64,000 bases of DNA from Candidatus Latescibacterota bacterium (GTDB lineage: Bacteria; Latescibacterota; UBA2968), in the NCBI GenBank assembly GCA_965198115.1, contig OZ240241.1:1600001-1664000 (forward strand), written 5' to 3'. The notes under the pieces are model-generated. The model made no database searches. It saw only the letters and a list, made by a program, of their open reading frames with translations, and was not told the DNA's origin. This document shows positions 50,604-60,251 of this stretch, in pieces. Position 1 is the first letter of the stretch; every line of letters begins with the position of its first letter. The translations under genes and the position numbers were made by a program.

Positions 50604-51980
50604 CTAGAAATCCAGTTCCCAGTTCGGATTGTAGATCTCACCCGGTCGCGTCGAGTGAACCAGCTCGTAGACACCCAACCCGCGCCGGTCCCTGAAGATG
50701 AAATCGTAGTTTCCGGTCGTTTCGTAGTGCCAGATCTCGAAAGGCTTGCCGCCTTCGTCGTTCGAGCTGACTGCACGATCTGTTGGAGTACCGTACCTGA
50801 TGTAGACTCGCCCCTTGTCCGTCCTCGAACCGTAACTGCCACGAAGGTCGGAAAAATGCTCATCGGCGTAGGCTGACCGCCGCAGGTGTGTCATCAACCT
50901 TTCGTTGATCGGCGTGCCCGGGGACGGATCGATCTTAGCCCAGAACGTCCGGAGATACGTGTCGCGCGCCACCTGATCGGGTAGCTGCTCGTAGGTCCGG
51001 TAATCCTTCTCAAAAGCCACCCAGCGAATGTCACGGTAGTGTCGGAGTCGGGCGGCCTCCTCGGCCGACAGCAGCGACTCCCCTCCAATACCCTTCACCA
51101 CGAAAGGACTTCGACGCACCGTGAGTTGCTTCGTGTCCCAATCCAGGGCCTGGACCTGGAGGTAGTAGGGCCCTTCGTCCAGGCCTTTGGTCGAGATGGA
51201 GTCGACCAACACGGCACTCCCGCCCCCCTTCTTGTAGCGATGGTCGACGGAGCGGGAGACGGAAACGCCCGCAGTGTCGGTCAGCTCGTACTTGACATCG
51301 AACGCGCCCCGCTCGCCGGGAGGGGAGAGATTGTAGATTTCGTGGTAGAAATAGACGGCGGACCCGACTGCGTAGACCCGCGACGCCTCGGGCACGACCG
51401 ACCATCCGTGACGGGAGAACCGCCCCTCCTCGGTGGCCTCGATCTGGCTCGAGAAGATCGGTTCACTCATCGTCAGCGTGTCTTCGTAGCTCTCGACCTC
51501 GATCGTCGCAGCCACGTCACCTCGAACGTCGGCGTGGACGTCCTCCACGGTGTAGCTGAACCGGTATCGTCCCGGGTCCAGCGCGAACCCAACCCTGTCA
51601 CGCACAGGCCCGCCGGCCGCCCGCAGCAGACTCAGGCTCTCTACCGAGAGACCCCGTGTGTGTGTGTCATCCGCAACCCTCTTTCCTGCCAGGTCCGTGA
51701 TCTCGACGGCGATTCGCACCTGCGACACGAAATCATCGTCCTCCTCCACAAACCGCAGTTGCTTGGCGCTCATCAACAGGTAGAATTCTTGCAGCGTCGC
51801 TCCATCTGGCCCCCGGAAACTGGCCGTATCCACGAAGAACCGGAGCCCGTCGTCGTGCGAAAGCGGGCGACTCACAAACCCGGCTGCTGGAGGTAGATCC
51901 CCGTAGCCCTCTCCCGGCCCGAAGGCCAGTAGCGCAACGAGGAAGAAGACGCTCGAAAGACCTCGTTTCGATCCGAACAA
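50604..51980 (-). CDS. GWxTD-domain secreted protein
   Basis: Signal peptide; FWAKIDPSPGTPINE...GSRTDKGRVYIRYG...EIWHY. Confidence 0.85.
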   Translation of the reverse strand: MFGSKRGLSSVFFLVALLAFGPGEGYGDLPPAAGFVSRPLSHDDGLRFFVDTASFRGPDGATLQEFYLLMSAKQLRFVEEDDDFVSQVRIAVEITDLAGKRVADDTHTRGLSVESLSLLRAAGGPVRDRVGFALDPGRYRFSYTVEDVHADVRGDVAATIEVESYEDTLTMSEPIFSSQIEATEEGRFSRHGWSVVPEASRVYAVGSAVYFYHEIYNLSPPGERGAFDVKYELTDTAGVSVSRSVDHRYKKGGGSAVLVDSISTKGLDEGPYYLQVQALDWDTKQLTVRRSPFVVKGIGGESLLSAEEAARLRHYRDIRWVAFEKDYRTYEQLPDQVARDTYLRTFWAKIDPSPGTPINERLMTHLRRSAYADEHFSDLRGSYGSRTDKGRVYIRYGTPTDRAVSSNDEGGKPFEIWHYETTGNYDFIFRDRRGLGVYELVHSTRPGEIYNPNWELDF

Positions 51981-52001
51981 GGTGGTCCTCCGTCCATCGT
52001 T

Positions 52002-52370
52002 TCACGCGTCGTTCGTTTCGGCTGGTCCGAGGAGAACGTCGTTGTTCCGAACTTCGACCGGGTAGGTCGCGACCCGATAGTGTTCGGCCTCGGGGCAGAC
52101 ACCGGACTCGAGTGCGAACCGCAGTCCGTGCCAGATGCAGATCACGTAGGAATCGTCGAAATCGATCGTGCCGATCGGCCGGTTGTTGTGGGGGCAGACG
52201 TTGTCGATGGCCCGAAAGGTCCCGCCGACCCGGAAGACACCGACATCGCGACCGAAGGCGACGACGACCTTGGCGGAGTTTTCCGGAAAATCGTCCAGCG
52301 TGCCCACCTTCACATAACCGGACGTTCTCGTCTCGTTCTTCGATCCCATCCACGACTTGAGATCGAACAC
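52002..52370 (-). CDS. Rieske [2Fe-2S] ferredoxin
   Basis: CPH...CIWH ligands. Confidence 0.88.
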   Translation of the reverse strand: MFDLKSWMGSKNETRTSGYVKVGTLDDFPENSAKVVVAFGRDVGVFRVGGTFRAIDNVCPHNNRPIGTIDFDDSYVICIWHGLRFALESGVCPEAEHYRVATYPVEVRNNDVLLGPAETNDA

Positions 52371-52372
52371 GG

Positions 52373-53266
52373 CTACGTCCGCGAGACGGGTTCGGCCTGT
52401 TCGGCCGCGTGGTATGAACTCCGCACGAGGGGCCCCGATTCGACGTGCCTGAACCCCTCATCGAGCGCCTCGCGTCTGAGCTCGTCGAACAGGTGGGGCT
52501 CGTAGAATCGATCGACGGGAACGTGCGCGGGAGACGGCTGCAGATACTGACCGATCGTCAGGATATCGACCCCTTGGCGGGCGATGTCCCGGATGGTCTG
52601 CACGACTTCGTCCCACGTCTCTCCCGCTCCGACCATGACACCCGACTTGATCGGCAACGCCGCGTCGATGGCACGCGCACGCGCCAGCAAGGTCAACGAC
52701 TGCGCGTAGTTCGCCTGGGGACGCATCAAACGATACAGACGTGGAACGGTCTCCAGGTTGTGGTTCAAGATCTCGGGCCCGGTCTCCAACACCGTCTCGA
52801 GCGCGGCCACGTCTCCCTGGAAATCCGGAATCAGAACCTCGACCGATGTCTCCGGGCAAGCCAGATGGACCTTCCGAATCGTATCTGCAAAGATCGCGGC
52901 TCCCCCATCCTCGAGCTCGTCCCGATTGACCGACGTAATCACGGCGTGGCGGAGACCGAGTGCGGCGACAGCGCAGGCGACCCGATTGGGTTCGTCGAGG
53001 TCCAGACCCTCGGGGCGCCCCGTCTTGACCGCACAGAAGCCGCACCGTCGCGTGCAGACATCCCCCAGGATCATGAACGTCGCCGTTTGGCTACTCCAGC
53101 ACTCGCCGATATTCGGACAGCGCGCACTCTCGCAGACCGTGTGCAGGCGGTGTCGGTCGACGAGCTTCTTCAGCTGGAGGTAGGCCCGGCTCCCCGGCGC
53201 CTGAACCCTGAACCAGGGAGGCAATCGCCGCCGCCGCGGGCGATCGATCTCCATCAATTCGCTCAC
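52373..53266 (-). CDS. lipA: Lipoyl synthase
   Basis: CESARCPNIGEC, CTRRCGFC, RSSY. Confidence 0.96.
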   Translation of the reverse strand: MSELMEIDRPRRRRLPPWFRVQAPGSRAYLQLKKLVDRHRLHTVCESARCPNIGECWSSQTATFMILGDVCTRRCGFCAVKTGRPEGLDLDEPNRVACAVAALGLRHAVITSVNRDELEDGGAAIFADTIRKVHLACPETSVEVLIPDFQGDVAALETVLETGPEILNHNLETVPRLYRLMRPQANYAQSLTLLARARAIDAALPIKSGVMVGAGETWDEVVQTIRDIARQGVDILTIGQYLQPSPAHVPVDRFYEPHLFDELRREALDEGFRHVESGPLVRSSYHAAEQAEPVSRT

Positions 53267-54627
53267 GGGTGCGCCACCGCCTCTCCAAGAAGCGTCTTTT
53301 GCGTAGCGTCCGTGATCCGCACGGGGACGAAGGTGTTGGGCGCCGCATCCGAAGGAAATACGACCGTCTTGAAGCCGTCCGATTTTCCGAACACACGGCC
53401 CTCGCCCTTGCGCGCCGTCCCTTCGACGAGAACGTCCAACACGCTGCCCACGTAAGTTCGATTGACCTCTTTGGAGATCTGGCTCTGGAGCGCGATCAGC
53501 CTTTCCAGACGCCGACCCTTCTCCGCTTCGGAAACCGTGTTCGGAATCTCCCGATGGGCGATCGTCCCGTCCCGCTCGGAGTACTTGAACGTGAAAGCGA
53601 AGTCGTAGCGCACCCGCCTCATCAGATCGAGTGTTTCCTCGAAATCCCCCTCTGTCTCCCCCGGAAAACCGACGATCACATCGGTGGACAACGCAAGCGT
53701 CGGCACGGCGTCACGAAGTCGATCGACGAGCCTCAGGTAGCTCTCCCGGTCATAGGTTCGCTGCATCCGTTCGAGGACCCGTGTGGAACCCGACTGAACC
53801 GGAAGGTGCACGAACTTGCACACCTCGTCGATCTCGGCCATCGTCTGGATCAGCTTTTCATCGAAGTCACTCGGATGGGGGGACGTAAACCGGACGCGAT
53901 CGATACCGGGGACACCGGCGACCCGCAGCAACAGATCCGAAAAGTCACACGCTCCGTCACGATAGGAATTGACGGTCTGCCCGAGTAGCGTGACCTCCCG
54001 GAAACCCTGTCCCGCTGCGACTTCCACCTGTCTGACGATCTCCTCCACACGAACACTTCGCTCGCGTCCTCGCACGTAGGGCACGACGCAGAACGTGCAA
54101 AACTTATCGCAGCCCCGCTGGACCGTAATCCACGCGTTGACCCCGTCGGCGCGCACGGGATCGACTCCGTCGTAGTGCTCTTCTCGATCCAGTCGCACGT
54201 GCAGGGCCGGCTCAGTCTTCGACCGCGTCACCAGGTCGGCCAGCTCGCGATAGGAATCAGGGCCCATCACCAGATCGACGTAGGGCAGTCGGTCCATCAG
54301 TCCTTCGGCCATGTGCTTGGCCATGCATCCGCAGACCCCGAGCAGCACGTCAGGATTCCTGATCTTCAGATGCCTCAGCTGGCCGAGCCTGCCGAGAACG
54401 CGCTCCTCGGCGTGCTCGCGAATGGCACACGTATTCAGCAGAACCACGTCGGCCTCTTCGGGCGTCGCTGCCGTGGAGAATCCGGCCTCGTCCAAAACGC
54501 CACGTATCAGCTCGGAGTCGGACACGTTCATCTGACACCCATAGGTCTCGATGAAAACCGCCCCTGAAGACTTCCCGAACCCGGGCTCGTGGGCGGACGC
54601 AATGTCGACCAATGTGTCCACGTTCAC
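53263..54627 (-). CDS. miaB: tRNA-i6A37 methylthiotransferase
   Basis: TYGCQMN, NTCAIRE, GCDKFCTFC, TRAM domain. GTGA overlap start. Confidence 0.95.
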   Translation of the reverse strand: MNVDTLVDIASAHEPGFGKSSGAVFIETYGCQMNVSDSELIRGVLDEAGFSTAATPEEADVVLLNTCAIREHAEERVLGRLGQLRHLKIRNPDVLLGVCGCMAKHMAEGLMDRLPYVDLVMGPDSYRELADLVTRSKTEPALHVRLDREEHYDGVDPVRADGVNAWITVQRGCDKFCTFCVVPYVRGRERSVRVEEIVRQVEVAAGQGFREVTLLGQTVNSYRDGACDFSDLLLRVAGVPGIDRVRFTSPHPSDFDEKLIQTMAEIDEVCKFVHLPVQSGSTRVLERMQRTYDRESYLRLVDRLRDAVPTLALSTDVIVGFPGETEGDFEETLDLMRRVRYDFAFTFKYSERDGTIAHREIPNTVSEAEKGRRLERLIALQSQISKEVNRTYVGSVLDVLVEGTARKGEGRVFGKSDGFKTVVFPSDAAPNTFVPVRITDATQKTLLGEAVAHP

Positions 54628-55751
54628 TCCGTTCCGATGGCGCTCAACGCATCCTCGATTTCGACGCGTACACACTCATCGCCTTCATCCTTCAACGCCT
54701 CGGTCAGCACGTCTTTGGCTTCATCGCCACCGATCTGCCCGAGGGCCCACGCGGCGTGGCCACGAACGAGGGGTTCCTCATCGACCAGGGCATCTCCCAA
54801 AACAGGGACATCGCCCTCACCTCCCGTGTTGCCGAGAGCGACTGCGGCATTTCTCAAAAGGCCACGGCGCTTCGTCCGTTTGACCGGACTCTTGCTGAAT
54901 GTCCTGCTGAATTCCGCCTGGTTCATCCTCAGCAAGTCAGCCAGGACGGGCCGATCCCGACCTGCTTTCGGCGCCAACGCCGGATCCTCGGTCGTCTGCC
55001 CGTGCTTTTCGTTCCAGGGGCAGACGTCCTGGCACACATCGCATCCGTAGATCCAATCTCCCACGCCCGTCCGCAATTCCTTCGGAATCGCCCCCTTCAA
55101 CTCGATCGTAAGGTACGATATGCACTTGCGTGAATCCAGTTCGTAGGGGGCGACGATTGCGTCGGTCGGACAGGCCTCGATGCAGCGCACACACGTGCCG
55201 CAGTGGTCGGTCGTCGGCGCGTCGCCCTGCAGGTCCAGGGTCAGAAGAATCTCTCCGATGAAGAAAAAAGACCCCGAGCGCTGGTGAATCAGGTTGGTGT
55301 GCTTGCCGAACCAGCCCAGGCCGGCCGCTTCCGCAAAATCCCGTTCGAGCACGGGACCCGTGTCGACGTAGACCTTGCCCTCCGTGTCGGGCCACCTCTT
55401 CCGGATCTCGTCCAGGACGGCCTGGAGACGGGGCGTCATCACGTCGTGATAGTCATCGCCCCGCGCGTAGGACGAGATCTGCCCCGTCGGCTCCGACCCC
55501 GGCCCGTCACTCGGCCCCGGATGGTAGAGCGCGCCCACGCACAGAATCGAGCGTGCACCCGGCAGGATGGCCCTCGGATCGCCCCTCCGGTCGAGGTTGC
55601 GGGCCAGGTAGGCCATTTGGCCGCCGAATCCCCGACCCAGCCAGTCTTCGTAGGCCTGCCAGTGAGTGGGAGGAGCCGCCGAAGCCACACCGACCAGATC
55701 GAAGCCGGCCGCGCGTGCCAGATCCTTCACCTGTTGGGTAACCGGCTTCAA
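54624..55751 (-). CDS. queG: Epoxyqueuosine reductase
   Basis: YARGDDYH, VDTGPVLER, CGTCVRCIEACP, GCDVCQDVCPWN. Confidence 0.95.
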   Translation of the reverse strand: MKPVTQQVKDLARAAGFDLVGVASAAPPTHWQAYEDWLGRGFGGQMAYLARNLDRRGDPRAILPGARSILCVGALYHPGPSDGPGSEPTGQISSYARGDDYHDVMTPRLQAVLDEIRKRWPDTEGKVYVDTGPVLERDFAEAAGLGWFGKHTNLIHQRSGSFFFIGEILLTLDLQGDAPTTDHCGTCVRCIEACPTDAIVAPYELDSRKCISYLTIELKGAIPKELRTGVGDWIYGCDVCQDVCPWNEKHGQTTEDPALAPKAGRDRPVLADLLRMNQAEFSRTFSKSPVKRTKRRGLLRNAAVALGNTGGEGDVPVLGDALVDEEPLVRGHAAWALGQIGGDEAKDVLTEALKDEGDECVRVEIEDALSAIGTE

Positions 55752-55760
55752 TCGATCCCA

Positions 55761-55796
55761 AAGGAAAAGGGCAGAACACGCTTGGTGCCCTGCCCT
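55761..55796 (-). terminator. Terminator-like hairpin between the iscU-like gene and queG
   Basis: agggcag...ctgccct-tttcctt on the minus strand. Confidence 0.5.
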
Positions 55797-55817
55797 GAAC
55801 AGTCGCGTGAATGCCCG

Positions 55818-56198
55818 TCAGCTCGGTGGGGCATCCGCAGCCAACGCCGTCAAGGCAGCGCTCACGGCATCGGCGGCAAGACGAGCAGCGTGACGCCGAG
55901 TCGGGGGCAGTCCACCCAGCGCCTCTTCCACGTCAGCGGCGGTGATGTTCAACCCCTCGATCGGTCTTCCATTCAACAGCTCGGTCAGAATCGACGCTGC
56001 CGCGATCGTTGCCGTACACCCCTGAGCGCTGAATCGCGTCTCCGCTACGCGCCCGTCGGTGATTCGAACGTGAATCTCGAGCACCGCTCCCGTCACCGGA
56101 TTCGTGGCCCCGCCAACGGCGTCGGGCTCCTCGAGCGTGCCGACATTTCTCGGATTCCGAAAATGATCGAGCGCGATCTCGCTATATGGGTCCGACAC
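55818..56198 (-). CDS. IscU/NifU-N-like scaffold homolog lacking two of three Cys ligands
   Basis: YSEIALDHFRNPRNVG, NPVTGA, GCTATIAAAS, LPPTRRHAA. Confidence 0.85.
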   Translation of the reverse strand: MSDPYSEIALDHFRNPRNVGTLEEPDAVGGATNPVTGAVLEIHVRITDGRVAETRFSAQGCTATIAAASILTELLNGRPIEGLNITAADVEEALGGLPPTRRHAARLAADAVSAALTALAADAPPS

Positions 56199-56204
56199 GG
56201 TGTC

Positions 56205-56705
56205 TCAGTAGTGCACGTTGTCGAGTGGGCGACGCGGTGGCGTCAGGGTCACACGCTCATCGACCTCGAGCAGCCGCTCTTTCGTATAAATGAAGTCCGC
56301 CCGGCTCTCCGCTGCAAGTTCGGACCGTTCGGTCATGACGATCGCGTCTTCGGGACACGCCTCGACGCACATCCCGCAGAATATACAGCGGAGCATGTCG
56401 ATCTCGAACCGATGCGGGTACTTCTCACGATCCGGCCACGGAGCTTCGGCCGCCTCGATCGTTATGCAATCGGCAGGGCAGGCCGTCGCGCACATGTAGC
56501 ACGCCACGCACTTCGGGCGACCCTGGTCGTCTTTAGTCAGCTTGTGGAGGCCGCGATACCCCTCGGGTTTTTCCCACGTCTCTTCCGGGTACTGCATCGT
56601 GATCTTCTTTCCGAAAAGATGCTTGAAGGTCAGCGACAGGCCTTTTGTGATTGCCGGAAGATACATCTTTTCGGTCAGCGTCATTTCGTGACCTACTTTT
56701 ACCAT
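56205..56705 (-). CDS. nuoI: NADH-quinone oxidoreductase subunit I
   Basis: TMQYPEE, CVACYMCATACP, CIFCGMCVEACP. Confidence 0.92.
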   Translation of the reverse strand: MVKVGHEMTLTEKMYLPAITKGLSLTFKHLFGKKITMQYPEETWEKPEGYRGLHKLTKDDQGRPKCVACYMCATACPADCITIEAAEAPWPDREKYPHRFEIDMLRCIFCGMCVEACPEDAIVMTERSELAAESRADFIYTKERLLEVDERVTLTPPRRPLDNVHY

Positions 56706-58356
56706 TCTTACGGTCTCCTCTGCGGTTCCGGTTGCGACCCCGGCGCCGCTTGTTGTTCGGCCGGCCCGCCCACTCCGTTGCCACGGTCTGGCGGATCACT
56801 GTCACTTGAATCTCGCCGGGATAGGTCATCTCTTCCCGGATTTTCTGCGCGATATCGAACGAAAGGTTCTTGGCCTGCTCGTCGCTGATGCGACCTGCGT
56901 TCGCCATCACCCGAACTTCGCGCCCGGCGTTGATGGCGTAGGCATCCCGTACACCCTGGAACGCCCGCGCCAAATCCTCCAAATCGCGCACGCGATTGAT
57001 GTAGGCGTCGGCGTCGTCTCGCCTGGCCCCGGGGCGCGATGATGAAATGGCGTCAGCTGCTTTGACGAGGAAAGAAATCGGCGAACTCGGCTCCGCTTCC
57101 TCGTGATGATAGAGGATGGCGTTGATGACCTCGGGTCCCTCGCCGTACTTCTTGGCGAGATCGACACCGATGCCGATGTGCGTCCCCTCTTGCTCGTGAT
57201 CGACCGCTTTCCCGATGTCGTGAAGCAGGGCGCATCGACGTGCGATCTTTTCATCCAGCCTCAGCTCCGAAGCCATAGCCCCGGCCAAGTAGGCAACTTC
57301 CTTGCAGTGCCCGATCATGCTCTGGCCGAAACTCGTACGGTATTTCAGCTTGCCGACCAGCTTGATCATTTCGGGGTGCATCTTCTCCACCCCGACCTCT
57401 TTCACTGCCCTGCGACCCTCTTCCTCGATCACGCTTTCGATCTTCTTTTCACTCGCGGCAACCACTTCTTCGACGCGACCCGGGCTGATTCGCCCTTCCC
57501 TCACCAGCTGCTCCATAGCCAGCCTGGCGACATCACGTTTGATCGGGTCGAAGCTCGACAACACGACCGCTTCTGGCGTGTCGTTCACGATCACCTTGAC
57601 GCCTGCCGCAGCTTCGAAGGAGATGATGTTGCGACCTTCTTTGCCGACGATGCGTCCTTTGATGTCGTCGTCGGGGAGGGGTACGACCGAGATGGAAGAC
57701 TGAACCGTCTGGTCGGTGGAGCAGCGCTCGATGGCGTTCGCGATGATGCGCTTGGCCTCTCGTTCGGCCTGCTCTTTGGCCTGATCGATCTTTTCCCGGC
57801 CGATTTCGGTCGCCACGCGCTGAAGATCGTTCCTGATCTGTTCCAGGAGCATCTCCCGTGCGTGCTCGGCGTTCATGCCGGAAACGCGCTCGAGCTTCGA
57901 TCGTTGCTCGCGCAGCAGGGTCTCGAGATCCTCGTTCTGCCGCTTGAGCCGGTTCTCCAGTCTTTGTGCTTCCTTTTCTCGCCGACCGACACTCCGCTCT
58001 CGATCGCCCACGACTTCGAGTCGACCGGAAGCTTCGGTTTCCTGAGCCTGCAGGTCCGATTCGCGCGTGTCGAGTTCGGCCCTTTTTACGTCGATCGACT
58101 CTTCATACTTCGCCTTGGAATCGTACCAGGCGTTCTTCTCTTCTAAGAATGTTTCTTTCCGTTGTCGGTCGGCTTTTTCGACCAAATTGCCGACACGACG
58201 CTCGTTTTCGGTTTCGATTTCCTTGAGTTGCCGGGTCTTGACGCGGGCACAGAAGACCCACCCCAAGCCGAACAGGAGGATGGCACCCGCCAGGCCGCCT
58301 CCCAGCCACACCACATCCGGTGCCATCGAAGCTCCCTGAAGCCACGAAACGTCCAT
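56533..58356 (-). CDS. rny: Ribonuclease Y (true 3' end possibly ~56708)
   Basis: N-terminal TM, coiled coil, KGRIVGKEGRNI (KH), HDIGK (HD), AGREVRV, YPGEIQVTVIR. Confidence 0.93.
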   Translation of the reverse strand: MDVSWLQGASMAPDVVWLGGGLAGAILLFGLGWVFCARVKTRQLKEIETENERRVGNLVEKADRQRKETFLEEKNAWYDSKAKYEESIDVKRAELDTRESDLQAQETEASGRLEVVGDRERSVGRREKEAQRLENRLKRQNEDLETLLREQRSKLERVSGMNAEHAREMLLEQIRNDLQRVATEIGREKIDQAKEQAEREAKRIIANAIERCSTDQTVQSSISVVPLPDDDIKGRIVGKEGRNIISFEAAAGVKVIVNDTPEAVVLSSFDPIKRDVARLAMEQLVREGRISPGRVEEVVAASEKKIESVIEEEGRRAVKEVGVEKMHPEMIKLVGKLKYRTSFGQSMIGHCKEVAYLAGAMASELRLDEKIARRCALLHDIGKAVDHEQEGTHIGIGVDLAKKYGEGPEVINAILYHHEEAEPSSPISFLVKAADAISSSRPGARRDDADAYINRVRDLEDLARAFQGVRDAYAINAGREVRVMANAGRISDEQAKNLSFDIAQKIREEMTYPGEIQVTVIRQTVATEWAGRPNNKRRRGRNRNRRGDRKNGKSRSRNDADRKDVSSGNHKRPVADLQASFRKEDHDAVPGRDVGKTRGVSRPPQAD

Positions 58357-58593
58357 CGGAGCCTCCGATCATCACACACATTCAGATCCAGGCGTGAAGA
58401 CATCGAGATCGACAGACGCAGGGCGTCGTTTGCCACCCGTGGTACAAGGGTCGTCGGAATCAGACCTGTTAGGAAGCCGTCGATCACAAGCCGTGTCTCC
58501 ACGGCGCCACCGATTGCCGGTCGCGCAGAATGGACGCAGGGGAAAAACCGAAACCGCCTCTCCCCCGCGTGAAGCACGTGGCACGAAAAGTCT

Positions 58594-58917
58594 TCAAACG
58601 CTGAACGACTCTCCGCACCCGCATTGATTCTTGGCATTGGGGTTGTTGATCTTGAACCCCTGCCCCATCAGGCCGTCGTCGAAATCGAGCTCAGACCCGG
58701 CCAGGTAGAGCGCGCTCTTCATGTCGATAAACAGGCGCACTCCGTGACTTTCGACCACGTTCGTGTCGTCTGTCGGTGCTGCTTCGAACTCGAGCTTGTA
58801 CTGCAGACCCGAGCAGCCCCCACCCACGACCCGCATACGCAGCCCGTAGTCGGGTTGTCCCTCGCGTTCGAGCAGGCCCTGGATTTTTTCGGCGGCTGTT
58901 TCCGTCACGGTCAACAT
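58594..58917 (-). CDS. erpA: A-type Fe-S carrier (IscA/ErpA)
   Basis: GGGCSG, NPNA..CGCGESF. Confidence 0.88.
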   Translation of the reverse strand: MLTVTETAAEKIQGLLEREGQPDYGLRMRVVGGGCSGLQYKLEFEAAPTDDTNVVESHGVRLFIDMKSALYLAGSELDFDDGLMGQGFKINNPNAKNQCGCGESFSV

Positions 58918-58941
58918 AACACGTTCTCCCGTCCCTCCCTC

Positions 58942-59421
58942 TCAGTTCAACGAGGTGAGGCACGCCTTTACAGCATCGAAGTCGGGCAACACGCCGGCGT
59001 CTTCGGACACACTGGCGAATCGGACGACGCCATCCTTGTCGATCACGAAAGCCGACCGCTTTGCGACGCCCTCGAAACCCAGAAGATCCTCGTACTTGCA
59101 GTCATACGCGGCGCAGACCTCTTTGTTGAAGTCGCTAAGCAAAGGCACTGCGATGTTACTGTCTTTAGCCCAGGCCTCCTGTGCAAAAGGGCTGTCGACG
59201 CTGATGGCCAGGACCTGGGCGTTCAATCCCTCGTAATCGTTCAGACCGCCGCTCACTGAGCAGAGCTCGTCGGTACAGATCGACGTATAAGCGAGCGGAA
59301 CGAACAGCAATACGACGTTCTGCTTTCCTTTGTAGTCTCCTAATGATACATCGTCCAGACCCTCGTCCGTCTTTCGCTTGAGCGTGAAATCCGGGGCCTG
59401 GTCTCCAACATTAACGGGCAT
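58942..59421 (-). CDS. Peroxiredoxin (AhpC/TSA family)
   Basis: PLAYTSICTDE (PxxxTxxC), SVDS, LSDFN, RSAFVID. Confidence 0.9.
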   Translation of the reverse strand: MPVNVGDQAPDFTLKRKTDEGLDDVSLGDYKGKQNVVLLFVPLAYTSICTDELCSVSGGLNDYEGLNAQVLAISVDSPFAQEAWAKDSNIAVPLLSDFNKEVCAAYDCKYEDLLGFEGVAKRSAFVIDKDGVVRFASVSEDAGVLPDFDAVKACLTSLN

Positions 59422-59455
59422 GGATCCTCCAGATGAAATGTTGTTGCGCGAGACC

Positions 59456-60070
59456 TTACCCAGCGGCCTCGTAGAGCTCGTTCACTTTGTTCCAGTTGAT
59501 CACGTTTTCCCACGCGGCGATGTAGTCCGGGCGACGGTTCTGGTAGTTGAGGTAATACGCGTGCTCCCAGACGTCGAGCCCCAGAATCGGTGTGCCCTCA
59601 CCCGTCATCACGGGGTTGTCCTGATTGGGCGTGCTCAGAATGTCGACCTGGCCCCCACCCGTAGCGATGAGCCACGCCCACCCACTGCCAAACCGGGTCG
59701 CGGCGGCCGTGTTGAACGTTTCCTTGCACTTTTCACCATCGCCAAACTTGGCGTGAACAGCATTCATGAGCGCCTCGGAAGGCTCGCCACCCTCGCCCTC
59801 AGGTGCCATGATCTGCCAGAACAAGCTGTGATTGTAATGACCGCCGCCGTTGTTGCGGACGGCCGTCCGCTTGTCTTCGGGCACGCTGTCGAGATCGGCG
59901 ACCAGTTCACCGATCGGTTTGTCTTCGAGGCCCGTGCCTTCCAGTGCGGCGTTCAAATTGGTCACGTAAGCGTTGTGGTGTTTACCGTGGTGGATTTCCA
60001 TCGTCTGTGCATCGATGTGGGGCGCGAGTGCGTCGTGAGCATAGGGAAGATCGGGCAGCGTGTGCGCCAT
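59456..60070 (-). CDS. sodA: Superoxide dismutase, probably Mn-type
   Basis: [26 protein letters not shown]. Confidence 0.93.
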   Translation of the reverse strand: MAHTLPDLPYAHDALAPHIDAQTMEIHHGKHHNAYVTNLNAALEGTGLEDKPIGELVADLDSVPEDKRTAVRNNGGGHYNHSLFWQIMAPEGEGGEPSEALMNAVHAKFGDGEKCKETFNTAAATRFGSGWAWLIATGGGQVDILSTPNQDNPVMTGEGTPILGLDVWEHAYYLNYQNRRPDYIAAWENVINWNKVNELYEAAG

Positions 60071-60182
60071 CGGTGTAGCTCCTCTCTGAGGGAAGCGGGT
60101 TCGTTCCCTGAATGGGCCGCGGGGAAATGCGACGCGGACAGGGATCAATAAACAATAGGTATGTTCAGGTGAGAATAGAGAG

Positions 60183-60211
60183 AATATATAGTAGTGGTTC
60201 GGACGCGTCAA
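60183..60211 (-). promoter_or_regulatory. Candidate sod promoter in an AT-rich segment
   Basis: TTGACG-N17-TATATT on the minus strand. Confidence 0.5.
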
Positions 60212-60251
60212 GATCGGCCCAAAAGCGCCCTTTTTCAGAAAAAACCGGGAC

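Noticed and set aside
58357-58593. 6S RNA or riboswitch upstream of rny
   Set aside because: Only one local hairpin after erpA is visible; I could not see end-to-end pairing with a central bubble. It needs a covariance-model search.
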